The position numbers and the translations under genes are program-made. From Clostridia bacterium (GTDB lineage: Bacteria; Bacillota; Clostridia; CAKSNL01; HGM11501): a DNA stretch of 64,000 nucleotides. The notes under the pieces are model-generated. The model saw only the letters and a program-made list of their open reading frames with translations. It ran no database searches and was not told the origin of the DNA. Where the stretch lies: assembly GCA_045545475.1 (NCBI GenBank), contig JAZQAZ010000034.1:33287-97286 (forward strand). The letters are read 5' to 3'. Positions 1 to 9,994 of the stretch are shown in pieces. The first letter of the stretch is position 1. Each line of letters starts with the position of its first letter.

Positions 1-126
1 CTGCTTGAGCAGATAAGGACAATTGATAAAAAGAGATTAAGGGAAAAGATTGGGCATCTGGATGATGAAAAAATGAAATCGGTAAACGAGGCACTTAACA
101 TAAGCTTCGGTTTGCCTGGAAACTGA
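1..126 (+). CDS. mazF: 3' end (41 codons) of a MazF/PemK (EndoA-like) type II toxin endoribonuclease; the 5' part lies outside the window
   Basis: Frame 1 reads [41 protein letters not shown]. This is colinear with the conserved MazF/EndoA C-terminus ([16 protein letters not shown]). It is absent from the ORF track because no start codon lies in the window. Confidence 0.8.
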   Translation: MLEQIRTIDKKRLREKIGHLDDEKMKSVNEALNISFGLPGN

Positions 127-148
127 GGGATAAGAAAGGGGTATATTG

Positions 149-589
149 ATGAAGGGACAAAAGAAAAATATTTTTGTTATTACCTTGATACTGATGTTGC
201 TTTTTACAGCGGTTATAAAAGGTACTGTGGGATCGGAGGATGATCCTTTAATTTCTTTAAGCTATGTTGAAAATGTAATTATGCCCTATATTGATGAGGT
301 CGCAGGTGAAAACGACGGCTTTACCGTGGTGGAAGTTGAAAAGGGAAGCAGCATAGAATTTCATGCTGGTGCCGAAATTATTTTAAGAAGCGGTGAAGGC
401 GTTATTGTAATTCCCAAAAGTGCGGGCGGCGGTTTTACAGATGTAACCTCCGGTGTGGATAAGGCCACAGGCACTTTAGCTGAGGCAAACCATCTTTTAA
501 TTTGTCCAAGAAGTGACGGACGCAGAATAAAGGCTAACTCCAAGCTTTATATTATGGTAAGAGGAAGCTATGAAATTATTCAGGGGTGA
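149..589 (+). CDS. Hypothetical secreted or membrane-anchored protein (146 aa)
   Basis: ATG at 149 lies 6 nt after aaagggg. N-terminal hydrophobic segment IFVITLILMLLFTAVI. No family recognised. The stop overlaps the spoIID start region. Confidence 0.5.
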   Translation: MKGQKKNIFVITLILMLLFTAVIKGTVGSEDDPLISLSYVENVIMPYIDEVAGENDGFTVVEVEKGSSIEFHAGAEIILRSGEGVIVIPKSAGGGFTDVTSGVDKATGTLAEANHLLICPRSDGRRIKANSKLYIMVRGSYEIIQG

Positions 590-594
590 AGAGA

Positions 595-1854
595 ATGAAA
601 AAATTGCTCGTTGCCCTGACGCTCCTTTTGTCTGCTTTGTTTATTAATTGCTCTGCCATGGAAATTCCTGATTTTGTAAGAGTTGGAATAAATGCATCAA
701 ACCTGACAGAACAAGTTATTCTTGAAGCAGACGGAGGAGTTTATACGGAGGCTCTCTTTGCCATGCCCGAAGAAGGCGGTGAAGGTTCGGCCTTTTATAT
801 AGCGGAAAGGGCAGAAGTTACCGTTTCCGAAAACGGTACATTAATATGTAACGGTATAGAAACCGACGAAACCGAGGTTGACTTTTTAAAGACTTCGGAA
901 TTTATCGTGTGTCAGGGGAAAAAATACCGAGGAGCCATAAGGCTTAGTGTAAGACACGGAAAAATTCTGATAATAAGCGTTTTATCGATGGATGAATATC
1001 TTTACGGAGTTGTGGGAAAGGAAATGTCTGAAAGCTTTCCCCTTGAAGCGTTAAAGGCACAGAGCGTTGCGGCAAGAAACTATACCGTAATTTCCATGGG
1101 ACGTCATGAAAGTCAGGGCTTTGACCTGTGTAACGGCATCCACTGTCAGGCCTACGGTGCAGTGGCATCGGAGGGCAGTAAAGTAAGGCAGGCGGTGGAC
1201 GAGACAACAGGAAAGCTTTTATATTATGAAGGTGAAGTGGTTCAGTGCTACTATTATTCTTCAAACGGAGGCTACAGCGAAAGCTCGGAAAACGTATGGG
1301 TATCCGAAATCGGCTACCTTAAGGGAAAGGCCGACCCCTTTGAGGACGGCACAAGAATTCCCGGGTATAACTGGGAAGTAACCTTTACGGCAGAGGAAAT
1401 AAGAAACAATCTTGCATCCCGAGGCATTGACATAGGGGACATTGTAAATGTGGAAGTTACGGAGTATTCCGAGAATAACCATGTTACGGAAATAAAAATT
1501 GAAGGCACAAAGGACGATAAATATTATTATAAGGATAACATCAGAGCAGCCTTTCCTCAAAGCCTCAAAAGTACATATTTCACAGTTTCTTCGGGAAATA
1601 AAGAAGCATCGGTAAGAGTTTTATCAATAAACGGTATGGAAACCGTAAAAATAGCTCCGTCCTATGTCCTTAGCGGAAGCGGACTGGCTTATGTAGAGGG
1701 AAAAGGACAAGAAGGCGAATTTACATTTACCGGAAGCGGCTACGGCCACGGCGTGGGAATGAGCCAGTACGGTGCTTACTTTATGGCGGAGCAGGGTTAC
1801 ACCTTTGATGATATACTTAAATTTTACTATACAGACACGGAGATTTCAGAATAA
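595..1854 (+). CDS. spoIID: Stage II sporulation protein D (SpoIID/LytB-domain lytic transglycosylase)
   Basis: Signal peptide, then the SpoIID signature region [28 protein letters not shown] and a C-terminal [16 protein letters not shown] 595 follows ggggtg; GTG 586 is an alternative start. Confidence 0.9.
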   Translation: MKKLLVALTLLLSALFINCSAMEIPDFVRVGINASNLTEQVILEADGGVYTEALFAMPEEGGEGSAFYIAERAEVTVSENGTLICNGIETDETEVDFLKTSEFIVCQGKKYRGAIRLSVRHGKILIISVLSMDEYLYGVVGKEMSESFPLEALKAQSVAARNYTVISMGRHESQGFDLCNGIHCQAYGAVASEGSKVRQAVDETTGKLLYYEGEVVQCYYYSSNGGYSESSENVWVSEIGYLKGKADPFEDGTRIPGYNWEVTFTAEEIRNNLASRGIDIGDIVNVEVTEYSENNHVTEIKIEGTKDDKYYYKDNIRAAFPQSLKSTYFTVSSGNKEASVRVLSINGMETVKIAPSYVLSGSGLAYVEGKGQEGEFTFTGSGYGHGVGMSQYGAYFMAEQGYTFDDILKFYYTDTEISE

Positions 1855-2882
1855 TGAGAGTAGAAGATTTTGATTATTACCTTCCCGAGGAGCTTATAGC
1901 TCAGGAGCCTCTGGCAGACAGGTCCTCCTCAAGGCTTCTTACATTGGAAAAGAATACGGGAAAAACGGAGCATAAAATATTTAAAGACATTGTTACCATG
2001 CTTAACAAGGGTGATTGCCTGGTTTTGAATAATACCAGGGTAATTCCTGCAAGGCTTATCGGAACCAAGGAGAAAACAGGCGGTGCCATTGAGATGCTCC
2101 TTTTAAAAAGGGTAAATACCTCTGACTGGGAGGTTGCCTTAAAACCCGGAAAAAGAGCAAAGGTAGGGGCGATGTTTGTTTTCGGCCCCAATGAGGAACT
2201 AAAGGCCGAAATTCTTGAAATTGTAGAGTGCGGAAACAGAATCGTACGTTTTTACTACGACGGTCTTTTTGAAAATGTGCTTGATAAATTAGGGCAGATT
2301 CCACTTCCCGGTTACATAACAAAAAAGCTTGAAGATAAGGAACGCTATCAGACCGTTTATGCAAAGTACGACGGAAGTGCGGCAGCACCGACGGCGGGGC
2401 TTCACTTTACAAAGGAGCTTTTATCCTCCATTTCGGAAAAGGGCGTAAAAATTGCATATGTTACGTTGCATGTTGGCCTTGGAACATTCCGTCCGGTAAA
2501 GGTGGATAACATTGAAGAGCACACCATGCACTCGGAATATTTCATAATTGATGAAAAAGCGGCAAGTATTATAAATGAAACAAAGTCATCAGGCGGCAGA
2601 GTTATTGCCGTCGGAACAACCTCCTGCAGAACTCTTGAATCTGCGGCAGATGAAAACGGACATATATCACCCTGCGAAATGAATACGTCAATTTTCATTT
2701 ATCCGGGCTATAAGTTCAAGGCGATTGATGCACTTATTACAAATTTCCATCTGCCCAAATCAACTCTTGTTATGTTGGTTTCGGCTCTTGCGGGAAGAGA
2801 AAATGTGCTTTCTGCATATAAAGAGGCAATTGAAAACCGATATCGCTTCTTCAGCTTCGGCGATGCGATGTTTATAAAATAA
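1854..2882 (+). CDS. queA: S-adenosylmethionine:tRNA ribosyltransferase-isomerase
   Basis: N-terminus [27 protein letters not shown] and TAGLHFT are classic QueA motifs. TAATG overlap with the spoIID stop. tgt lies downstream. Confidence 0.95.
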   Translation: MRVEDFDYYLPEELIAQEPLADRSSSRLLTLEKNTGKTEHKIFKDIVTMLNKGDCLVLNNTRVIPARLIGTKEKTGGAIEMLLLKRVNTSDWEVALKPGKRAKVGAMFVFGPNEELKAEILEIVECGNRIVRFYYDGLFENVLDKLGQIPLPGYITKKLEDKERYQTVYAKYDGSAAAPTAGLHFTKELLSSISEKGVKIAYVTLHVGLGTFRPVKVDNIEEHTMHSEYFIIDEKAASIINETKSSGGRVIAVGTTSCRTLESAADENGHISPCEMNTSIFIYPGYKFKAIDALITNFHLPKSTLVMLVSALAGRENVLSAYKEAIENRYRFFSFGDAMFIK

Positions 2883-3014
2883 AAGAAATTGTTCGTCCGA
2901 GATCCTTCATTGCGTCACAACGCACTGTCATTCTCGAGCGAAGCGAAGAATCCCGCGTGGCGACGCAGTTCAAGGATGACACGGGCGAGGTTCTTATATC
3001 CCGTACACATCGTT
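2877..3014. repeat. Structured intergenic repeat (MITE/REP-like) with the tgtcattct..gcgaagcgaagaatc core
   Basis: Imperfect inverted arms (cgagatccttcattgcgtcac / gcgacgcagttcaaggatgacacg) surround tgtcattctcgagcgaagcgaagaatc. A related copy lies at 21416-21515. The element is flanked by a diverged duplicate of the queA 3' end. Confidence 0.55.
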
Positions 3015-3178
3015 GATGCGATGTTTATTAATTGAAATTTTATTTGTAATATCGTTTTTCAGAACGGCTTGCCCGTTCCGAAAAACAAAAGGGCAGGAGC
3101 TCTTCTCCTGCCCTACAGTATTGCATAAATCAATACCATAGAAATGGAAAATTTTGCACTTAATAAGGGGGGCGGCGG

Positions 3179-3586
3179 ATGAAAAGGCACAGATATCTCT
3201 TTTTAGCAATAGGATTTTTAATTCTTTCTGGAATATCGGCTTTGTTTTTCACAGAAACCTTTTCTTCTGATTTCACTCTGTTTATGGGGTTCGGTCTTTT
3301 GCCGGTTTCCCTTGCTTTGACCATTGGCTTTTTAGCAGCATGGCTATTTGAAATTTTCAAAAAAAGCGGAAAAAAACCGGGCCTTACGGTGAGTTTTATT
3401 TTGGTAACGGCTTCTGCTTTAATAATTGCGGGAATAGCAACATGGGATGTTTTATTCAGCAATGAAAGCTTTTTCCCTGGGCTGTTCGGATTGATTTTAT
3501 TTATTTTTGCTCTGCCGCCTTTGGCGGTTGCGGCAATAACGCTTCTTGTAATAATGATAGTGAAGAGAACGAGAAATGCAAAATGA
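3179..3586 (+). CDS. Hypothetical polytopic membrane protein (135 aa)
   Basis: ATG follows ggggggcgg. About four hydrophobic helices. No family recognised. Confidence 0.55.
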   Translation: MKRHRYLFLAIGFLILSGISALFFTETFSSDFTLFMGFGLLPVSLALTIGFLAAWLFEIFKKSGKKPGLTVSFILVTASALIIAGIATWDVLFSNESFFPGLFGLILFIFALPPLAVAAITLLVIMIVKRTRNAK

Positions 3587-3638
3587 ATAATTTTGCATAA
3601 CCCATTTTGCGTTTTACATTTAACAAAGGAGGACAGAA

Positions 3639-4769
3639 ATGTTTGAGCTTTTAAAGACTGAAAACAAGGCGAGGCGAGGTCGTTTTACTACGCCTCACGG
3701 TGTAATAGAAACCCCGGTTTTTATGAACGTTGGAACATCTGCCGCAATTAAAGGCGGCTTATCCGCCGAGGATTTAAGCGAGCTTCACTGTCAGGTGGAG
3801 CTTTCCAATACATATCATCTTCATGTACGTCCGGGGGATGAAGTCGTGAGAGACCTTGGCGGTATAAGAAAATTTATGAATTGGAACGGACCTGTATTAA
3901 CCGACAGTGGCGGCTTTCAGGTTTTCTCCCTTGCAGACCTTCGTAAAATAAAGGAAGAGGGCGTGTCTTTCAAGTCCCATCTTGACGGAACAAGAATTTT
4001 CATGGGACCCGAAGAGAGTATGCAGATTCAGTCAAATCTGGCATCCACCATTGCCATGGCCTTTGACGAGTGTATAGAAAATCCGGCACCCAAGGATTAT
4101 GTTAAAAACTCCATTGCGAGAACCACAAGATGGCTCCATCGCTGTAAGGCGGAAATGGCAAGGCTCAATTCCCTTCCCGACACAATAAATAAAGAGCAGA
4201 TGCTTTTTGGCATCAATCAGGGCGGAACTTATCCCGACCTCAGAATTGAGCACATGAAGGAAATTTCCGAGCTTGACCTTCCCGGCTACGCCATAGGCGG
4301 CCTTGCGGTGGGGGAAACCGCCGAAGAAATGTATGACATAATAGATGCTGTTGAACCCTTTATGCCAAAGGACAAGCCCCGTTACTTAATGGGTGTGGGA
4401 ACACCTGTAAATATTTTGGAAGGCGTGGCCCGAGGTGTTGACTTTTTCGATTGTGTAATGCCCAGCCGTAATGCCCGCCACGGCCTTTTATTTACCAGCG
4501 TGGGAATTATAAATTTAAACAATAACAGATATTTAAGGGACGAAAACCCCATAGACCCGAATTGCGACTGCCCTGCCTGCAGAAAGCATTCCCGCGGTTA
4601 CATCCGTCACCTTTTAAAGGCAAAGGAAATGCTTGGTATGCGTCTTTGTGTAATTCACAACATTCATTTCTACAATCAGATGATGCAGGATATAAGAGAC
4701 GCTCTTGACGAGGGCCGTTTTACGGAATTTTATAAAGAAAAAGTGGAGCTTTACGGTTCGAGATATTAA
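3639..4769 (+). CDS. tgt: Queuine tRNA-ribosyltransferase
   Basis: RRGRFTTPHGVIETPVFMNVGT, LTDSGGFQVFSL and the Zn site CDCPAC..H match Tgt. RBS aaaggagg. Confidence 0.95.
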   Translation: MFELLKTENKARRGRFTTPHGVIETPVFMNVGTSAAIKGGLSAEDLSELHCQVELSNTYHLHVRPGDEVVRDLGGIRKFMNWNGPVLTDSGGFQVFSLADLRKIKEEGVSFKSHLDGTRIFMGPEESMQIQSNLASTIAMAFDECIENPAPKDYVKNSIARTTRWLHRCKAEMARLNSLPDTINKEQMLFGINQGGTYPDLRIEHMKEISELDLPGYAIGGLAVGETAEEMYDIIDAVEPFMPKDKPRYLMGVGTPVNILEGVARGVDFFDCVMPSRNARHGLLFTSVGIINLNNNRYLRDENPIDPNCDCPACRKHSRGYIRHLLKAKEMLGMRLCVIHNIHFYNQMMQDIRDALDEGRFTEFYKEKVELYGSRY

Positions 4770-4836
4770 AAAGGACTTGCAAAGTTTTGGAAAATAGTAT
4801 ATAATTAGTAAAAAATATTTTTGGAGGTTTACTTTT

Positions 4837-5214
4837 ATGTTAATGATGATGTTAATGTCCATGCCTCAGGGTATGGGTGACACGGCAACAACAGAGGCTG
4901 TTACACAGACAACGGAAGCTGCAACTCAGAGCGGCAGTTCATGGATAACTTTCCTTCCCATGATTATAGTTTTGGTGGCTATGTACTTTATCTTGATTCT
5001 TCCTCAGAAGAAGCAGGAAAAGAAGCAGCGTTCCATGATTGATGCCCTTGTTCCCGGTGATGAAATTGTTACCATCGGCGGTATTTACGGTAATGTTGTT
5101 TCCGTAAAGGATGATTGCATCGTAATCGAATCTTCTGCTGATAAGACAAAGATAAAAATCGCAAAGTCTTCCGTAAGCAGATGCTTAACCGTTCACGAAG
5201 AAGAAAAGAAATAA
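4837..5214 (+). CDS. yajC: Preprotein translocase subunit YajC
   Basis: Single TM helix followed by ILPQKKQEKKQRSMIDALVPGDEIVTIGGIYG, the YajC signature. Position between tgt and secDF. Confidence 0.9.
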   Translation: MLMMMLMSMPQGMGDTATTEAVTQTTEAATQSGSSWITFLPMIIVLVAMYFILILPQKKQEKKQRSMIDALVPGDEIVTIGGIYGNVVSVKDDCIVIESSADKTKIKIAKSSVSRCLTVHEEEKK

Positions 5215-5264
5215 GTAATTAAAACGCCTTTTCCCGAATAGACTTATTTGGGGAGGCGTTTTTT

Positions 5265-5663
5265 ATGGATGAAAAAGAAAAAAGAAAAGGCCTGGATATG
5301 CTTTATGCGGTTCTCGGCTCACTTTTAACGGCACTTGTGCTTACAGGGCTTTCGCTTCTGATTATTTCGGTAATTTATCTTTCAAGAGATTTATCTGACG
5401 AAACGGCAAGAAGCCTGGTTACGGCGGCGGCTCTTGTTTCGGTGTTTGTGTCTGCCTTAATTTCCGGCAGAAAAATGAAAAGCAGAGGCCTTTTAACAGG
5501 CTCGCTTGTGGGGGCGGCCTATTCTTTGTGCCTTTATATCACAGGGGTTCTTGCCTTTGGGATAATGCACTTTTCAAAAAGCTTTTTCGGAATCCCGGCA
5601 CTTTCGGTATTCATCGGGGCCCTGGGCGGAATTGCAGGAGTAAATCTTAAGGGCAAAAAATAA
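5265..5663 (+). CDS. Small four-helix membrane protein (recalled as TIGR04086/YrzE-like)
   Basis: Four hydrophobic segments. RBS ggggagg. Lies in the yajC-secD gap where such genes occur in Firmicutes; the family assignment is from memory only. Confidence 0.5.
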   Translation: MDEKEKRKGLDMLYAVLGSLLTALVLTGLSLLIISVIYLSRDLSDETARSLVTAAALVSVFVSALISGRKMKSRGLLTGSLVGAAYSLCLYITGVLAFGIMHFSKSFFGIPALSVFIGALGGIAGVNLKGKK

Positions 5664-5680
5664 CAGGGCAAAAGACTTAA

Positions 5681-5720
5681 AAAGATGCGGAGTTTTTAAA
5701 ATATCCGCATCTTTTATTTT
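5681..5720 (+). terminator. Rho-independent terminator
   Basis: Hairpin aaagatgcgga / tccgcatcttt followed by a T-rich run. Confidence 0.7.
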
Positions 5721-5740
5721 GCTCTTTTAACAAATTTTAG

Positions 5741-5769
5741 TTGACTAAACGCTCCGAAAGTTATATAAT
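5741..5769 (+). promoter_or_regulatory. Sigma-A-type promoter for secDF
   Basis: ttgact, 17-nt spacer, tataat. Confidence 0.5.
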
Positions 5770-5803
5770 AGATGTGCTATACATTTTTTAAGGAGGATAA
5801 AGC

Positions 5804-7108
5804 ATGAGAGCAAAAAACATTATTGCACTTATCTTAATTGCGGCAGTTATATTCATGATGTGCTTCGTATGCCTGTTTGATGTAACTATCGGCGATTACA
5901 GATTCCCGGATGCTCTTGATGAAGAGTACGGAATTAAGCAGGGCCTTGACCTGGTGGGAGGTTCGCTTATTGAATTTAAACCTGATACAGAGGAAACACC
6001 TTCTGCAGACCAGATGGCAACGGTTAATTCCATTATGAGAAACCGTCTGGACTCCCAGAGCTATTATGATGCAACGGTAGCAATTCAGGCTGACAATACC
6101 ATAAGAATTGAAATTCCCAACGTGGATGACCCTTCCGAGGCAGTTTCAATTCTCGGTTCCACAGCAAAGCTTACCTTCAGAGATTATGAGGGTAACGTTC
6201 TTATGGAAGGCTCCGAAGAATTCGTTGCAGATGCACAGATGCAGTACGGACAGACTTCCGAGGTTGGTGTAGCACAGTATTATGTTGCACTTACACTTAC
6301 CGCTCAGGGAAGAGAAGCTTTCAAGGCAGCAACAGAGGCTGTTCTTAACTACACTTCCGAGGGTAATAACTACATCGCAATTTATCTTGACGAAACACCC
6401 TTCAGCCAGCCCATGGTATCTGAAGTAATCGATGCAGAATCCTGCGTAATCACAGGTGATTTCTCAAGAGAAAGTGCTGAAACACTTGCGGCACAGATCA
6501 GAAGCGGTCAGCTTCCCTTTAATCTTGCCGTTTCTCAGCTTCAGAGCGTAGGTCCCACACTCGGTGAGGAAGCTCTTTCAAAGAGCCTTGTTGCAGCAGG
6601 TATTGGTATTCTTCTTGTAATCATTTTCATGATTGCATTGTACAGACTTTCCGGTGTTACTGCGGCAATCAGCCTTTGTGCTTACGCAGCACTCGTTGTA
6701 ATCATTCTTATAAGAATCGGTGCAACACTTACACTTTCAGGTATTGCAGGTTTGGTTCTTTCAATCGGTATGGCGGTTGACGCTGACTGTATTATATTTG
6801 AAAGAATGAAGGAAGAACTTCGTACAGGAAAAACCATTGGTGCATCACTTGATGCAGCATTCAACCGTGCAATGGTTGCAATTTTCGACGCTAACGTAAC
6901 AACATTGATCTGTGCTGTAGTGCTTTACTTCTTCGGTACAGGCTCTATCAAGGGCTTCGCTGTTACACTCGGCGTTGGTACATTGGTAAGCTTCTTTACA
7001 GCAATCGTTCTTACAAAGGTTATATTAAAGCTTATCGTTAAAGGCTTTGGAATCAAAAGTTCCGGCTGGTTCGGTGTGAAAGGAGTGGCTATTGATGAAA
7101 CAGTATAA
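5804..7108 (+). CDS. secD: Protein translocase subunit SecD
   Basis: Large periplasmic-type loop, then six C-terminal TM helices with LSGIAGLVLSIGMAVDADCIIFERM. Overlaps secF. Confidence 0.92.
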   Translation: MRAKNIIALILIAAVIFMMCFVCLFDVTIGDYRFPDALDEEYGIKQGLDLVGGSLIEFKPDTEETPSADQMATVNSIMRNRLDSQSYYDATVAIQADNTIRIEIPNVDDPSEAVSILGSTAKLTFRDYEGNVLMEGSEEFVADAQMQYGQTSEVGVAQYYVALTLTAQGREAFKAATEAVLNYTSEGNNYIAIYLDETPFSQPMVSEVIDAESCVITGDFSRESAETLAAQIRSGQLPFNLAVSQLQSVGPTLGEEALSKSLVAAGIGILLVIIFMIALYRLSGVTAAISLCAYAALVVIILIRIGATLTLSGIAGLVLSIGMAVDADCIIFERMKEELRTGKTIGASLDAAFNRAMVAIFDANVTTLICAVVLYFFGTGSIKGFAVTLGVGTLVSFFTAIVLTKVILKLIVKGFGIKSSGWFGVKGVAIDETV

Positions 7109-8024
7109 TTTTACAAAAAACAGTAAAATATTTGCCATCGTTTCTCTGGTTCTCATTCTTGCCGGAATCGTAGGCCTTGTAATAAACGGCGGTCTTAACT
7201 ACGGTATCGACTTTACAGGCGGTACAAACATTCAGCTTTCCATGAAAACAGAAAGCTATGAAATTTCCGCAACAACAGACGAAATTGAAGACCTTGTGTC
7301 AGGCGTTCTTGGCGGTGCTGAGGTTCAGGCGCAGTCTCTCGGAACAGAGGCCATTGTTATAAAGACTGTTGAGCTCGGCGGATATTTAGATGCAGAGGCT
7401 GAAGCAGTTGAGGGCGAAAGCGATGTTGAAAAGGTTTTCGCAGCAATTGAAGAAGCATATGGCATTTCCATTCCCGAAGAGGAGAGAAACGTAACCACAA
7501 TCAGCGCATCCACAAGTAAGAAAATCTTAACCGATTCTCTTTCTGCAACATTACTTGCTGTTGTGCTTATGCTGCTCTACATCACCGTAAGATTCGAATT
7601 CCTGTCAGGTGCTGCAGCTGTTATCGGTCTTATCCATAACATCGTAATTATGATCGGTGCATATGCACTCTTCCGTCTTCCCATAAACAACTCCTTTGTT
7701 GCGGCAGTTCTTACAATTGTAGGTTACTCCATCAACAATACAATCGTTATTTTCGACCGTGTGCGTGAAAACGTTAAGAAGGAGAGAAAGCTTTCCTATA
7801 AAGATATTGCTGACAAGAGCGTAACTCAGTCTTTAGCCCGAACAATCAACAGCTCTATTACCACACTTCTTACAATAGGAATGCTTTATATCATGGGCGT
7901 AAACTCCATAAGAGAGTTTGCACTTCCCATCATCATCGGTATCGTTGCAGGTACCTACTCTTCAATTTTCCTTTGTGCACCTCTTTGGGTTAAGATGAAG
8001 GAAGCCTTCATTAAGAAAAGATAA
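7095..8024 (+). CDS. secF: Protein translocase subunit SecF
   Basis: GIDFTGGT motif and C-terminal SecF TM bundle (GYSINNTIVIFDRVREN). ATG 7095 lies 9 nt after aaaggag. Confidence 0.92.
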   Translation: MKQYNFTKNSKIFAIVSLVLILAGIVGLVINGGLNYGIDFTGGTNIQLSMKTESYEISATTDEIEDLVSGVLGGAEVQAQSLGTEAIVIKTVELGGYLDAEAEAVEGESDVEKVFAAIEEAYGISIPEEERNVTTISASTSKKILTDSLSATLLAVVLMLLYITVRFEFLSGAAAVIGLIHNIVIMIGAYALFRLPINNSFVAAVLTIVGYSINNTIVIFDRVRENVKKERKLSYKDIADKSVTQSLARTINSSITTLLTIGMLYIMGVNSIREFALPIIIGIVAGTYSSIFLCAPLWVKMKEAFIKKR

Positions 8025-8037
8025 AAATGAAAATAAT

Positions 8038-8070
8038 AAACGGCCAAGGCTTGCCTTGGCCGTTTATATT
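8038..8070 (+). terminator. Terminator after secF
   Basis: Hairpin aaacggccaaggc / gccttggccgttt followed by a T-rich tail. Confidence 0.65.
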
Positions 8071-8098
8071 TGACTTTTCATTACGAAAGGTGTATAAT
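8070..8098 (+). promoter_or_regulatory. Sigma-A-type promoter for the 8128 gene
   Basis: ttgact, 17-nt spacer, tataat. Confidence 0.5.
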
Positions 8099-8127
8099 GA
8101 CCTTACAATTTATAAGGAGAGATGACA

Positions 8128-9951
8128 ATGAAAAAGAAATTTTTTGCGGCAATATGTGTTTTTGTGCTTGCCATGGCGGCACTCACTCTTACTTCCTTTG
8201 CGGCAAGAAAGGAGAGTTTGCCCATAACTCTTCGCACAACGGGATATAAAACAGTGAATGAAACGGTAATTACAAGGTTTGAAGTTACCGAAATTGAATC
8301 TTACTACAATGACCAGATACAACTGTGCTTCGAAATGGACAGAATAGTGGTTTCCGGAAGCAACTCAATCAGCATGGAAGTGGACTGCTTCGATGCTGAG
8401 GGCGAATATATAAAAACGGTATACTTAAGTTCATACAGCGATTATATACTGGTACCCGACAATACCGCAACAATTGAACTTAAGGCAGATACCCCTGCAT
8501 CCGACAGCGAAAGCTATGTTTACCGCAAATATGTAGCATTATACAATATTGACGGGGCAACTGCACAGGTTACTAATATACAGGCAGCTACTTATCAGGA
8601 AAACGGATGGCGTACCGCAGCACAGTATAACAATATTAAGAGAACGCTTCCCATTAACCTGGTTTATGATGACGGTGATATTACAACTATAAGTGCATTT
8701 GATATTACAAAAGTAGAAACCGCATGGGATGGAGATCTCAGGCTGAGCTATTCGCTGGAATATGAGTATACAAGAGGATACAGCGGCCCATCTATATACA
8801 TAAGATGTTACAATTCTTCAAGAGAATGTGTTGATACAATGTTAGTTTCGGAGTACGGTTCATATGTGGATGTTCCCTATGATACCACCGATATTGAGCT
8901 GTTTACCAAGTATGGTGCAGCAGACAGCCAGAGCTATCTCATAAGCAATTATTCCACGATGTATTCATCCGACGGAAGAAGCATAGTTGTAAGTGATTTG
9001 CAGATATCTTCCTATGAGGCTGTGGGTTGGGCACTTGCGGTTCCCGTTTACGCTTATGAAAACGGAGAATTTACGAGAATGACTTATATAAGTCCTTATG
9101 ACGTTTCTTCGTGGCAGGCTGTAGGCTGGTACAGCTATGAAGAAACCTGCAATGCCGAAACCTTGTATGCAATGGATGAAAACGGTAAGTTTACGAGAAC
9201 ACTTAAGGTTCCGCAGAGGTTGGTATCTGCATATACGGCGGTTGGTTGGTATACCTATTCTCAGAAAAATGATATTGAAACTGCCGTAACTTTGTACGCA
9301 CCGGATGCAAACGGAAACTTCACAAGAACCATAAGCGTGCCTGCAAAGGATGTTGCCGCATATACGGCGGTTGGTTGGTATACAAAAGAGGAAGCCTTTA
9401 AGAAAACGAGTCTTCCTGTTATATTCTGCAATGCCAATGGCGGAACAATTACATTCAGTAACTTTACGGTTAACGGCGTAAGTAAAGATGATGACGGCAG
9501 AACAAAGATTGAATATGAAATCGGATACACAAATAACAGTAACTCGAATTTTAAGATTTTATATAATCTTTATGATGCGTACGGCAATCTTTACGGGTCC
9601 GTCACGAGCAGTCATACGACAAGAGGCTCAGAAAAGGAAAATTGGACACTCCGAACAGATAGTAAAATTGCAAAAATTGAAATAAAATTAGACGGCGGAG
9701 CAAGTAACAGCCAGACTTATGTATACAGTAATATGATAACAGTATATGCCTCCGACGGAAGAACCATGGAAATTTATGATTTGCAGCTTCCCGTTTACGA
9801 AGCTGTGGGCTGGTACTCATCGCCGGAAGCGGCAAATGCTCCTCCTCCCGGGTCCGAGCCGGAAGAACCCCAGGAGCCGGAAGAACCGGCTGCAGGTTCA
9901 GCCCCCAAAGGTGAAAAGCCTTCCAAGCCCAGCAGACCTCCACGCTCATAA
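8128..9951 (+). CDS. Secreted modular repeat protein with reiterated Y-x-A-V-G-W-Y motifs and a Pro-rich basic tail
   Basis: Signal peptide (KKKFFAAICVFVLAMAALTLTSFA). Three modules of about 130 aa, each ending ..DG(R/A)..V....Q...YEAVGW. Three repeats of about 40 aa (LYA.D.NG.FTRT..VP...V.AYTAVGWY). No family recognised. Confidence 0.7.
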   Translation: MKKKFFAAICVFVLAMAALTLTSFAARKESLPITLRTTGYKTVNETVITRFEVTEIESYYNDQIQLCFEMDRIVVSGSNSISMEVDCFDAEGEYIKTVYLSSYSDYILVPDNTATIELKADTPASDSESYVYRKYVALYNIDGATAQVTNIQAATYQENGWRTAAQYNNIKRTLPINLVYDDGDITTISAFDITKVETAWDGDLRLSYSLEYEYTRGYSGPSIYIRCYNSSRECVDTMLVSEYGSYVDVPYDTTDIELFTKYGAADSQSYLISNYSTMYSSDGRSIVVSDLQISSYEAVGWALAVPVYAYENGEFTRMTYISPYDVSSWQAVGWYSYEETCNAETLYAMDENGKFTRTLKVPQRLVSAYTAVGWYTYSQKNDIETAVTLYAPDANGNFTRTISVPAKDVAAYTAVGWYTKEEAFKKTSLPVIFCNANGGTITFSNFTVNGVSKDDDGRTKIEYEIGYTNNSNSNFKILYNLYDAYGNLYGSVTSSHTTRGSEKENWTLRTDSKIAKIEIKLDGGASNSQTYVYSNMITVYASDGRTMEIYDLQLPVYEAVGWYSSPEAANAPPPGSEPEEPQEPEEPAAGSAPKGEKPSKPSRPPRS

Positions 9952-9954
9952 ACA

Positions 9955-9991
9955 AAAAGATACCGCATCCGTCGGATGCGGTATCTTTTTT
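9955..9991. terminator. Bidirectional terminator between convergent genes
   Basis: aaaaagataccgcatcc-gtc-ggatgcggtatcttttt, a 12-bp stem flanked by A and T runs. Confidence 0.8.
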
Positions 9992-9994
9992 AAC

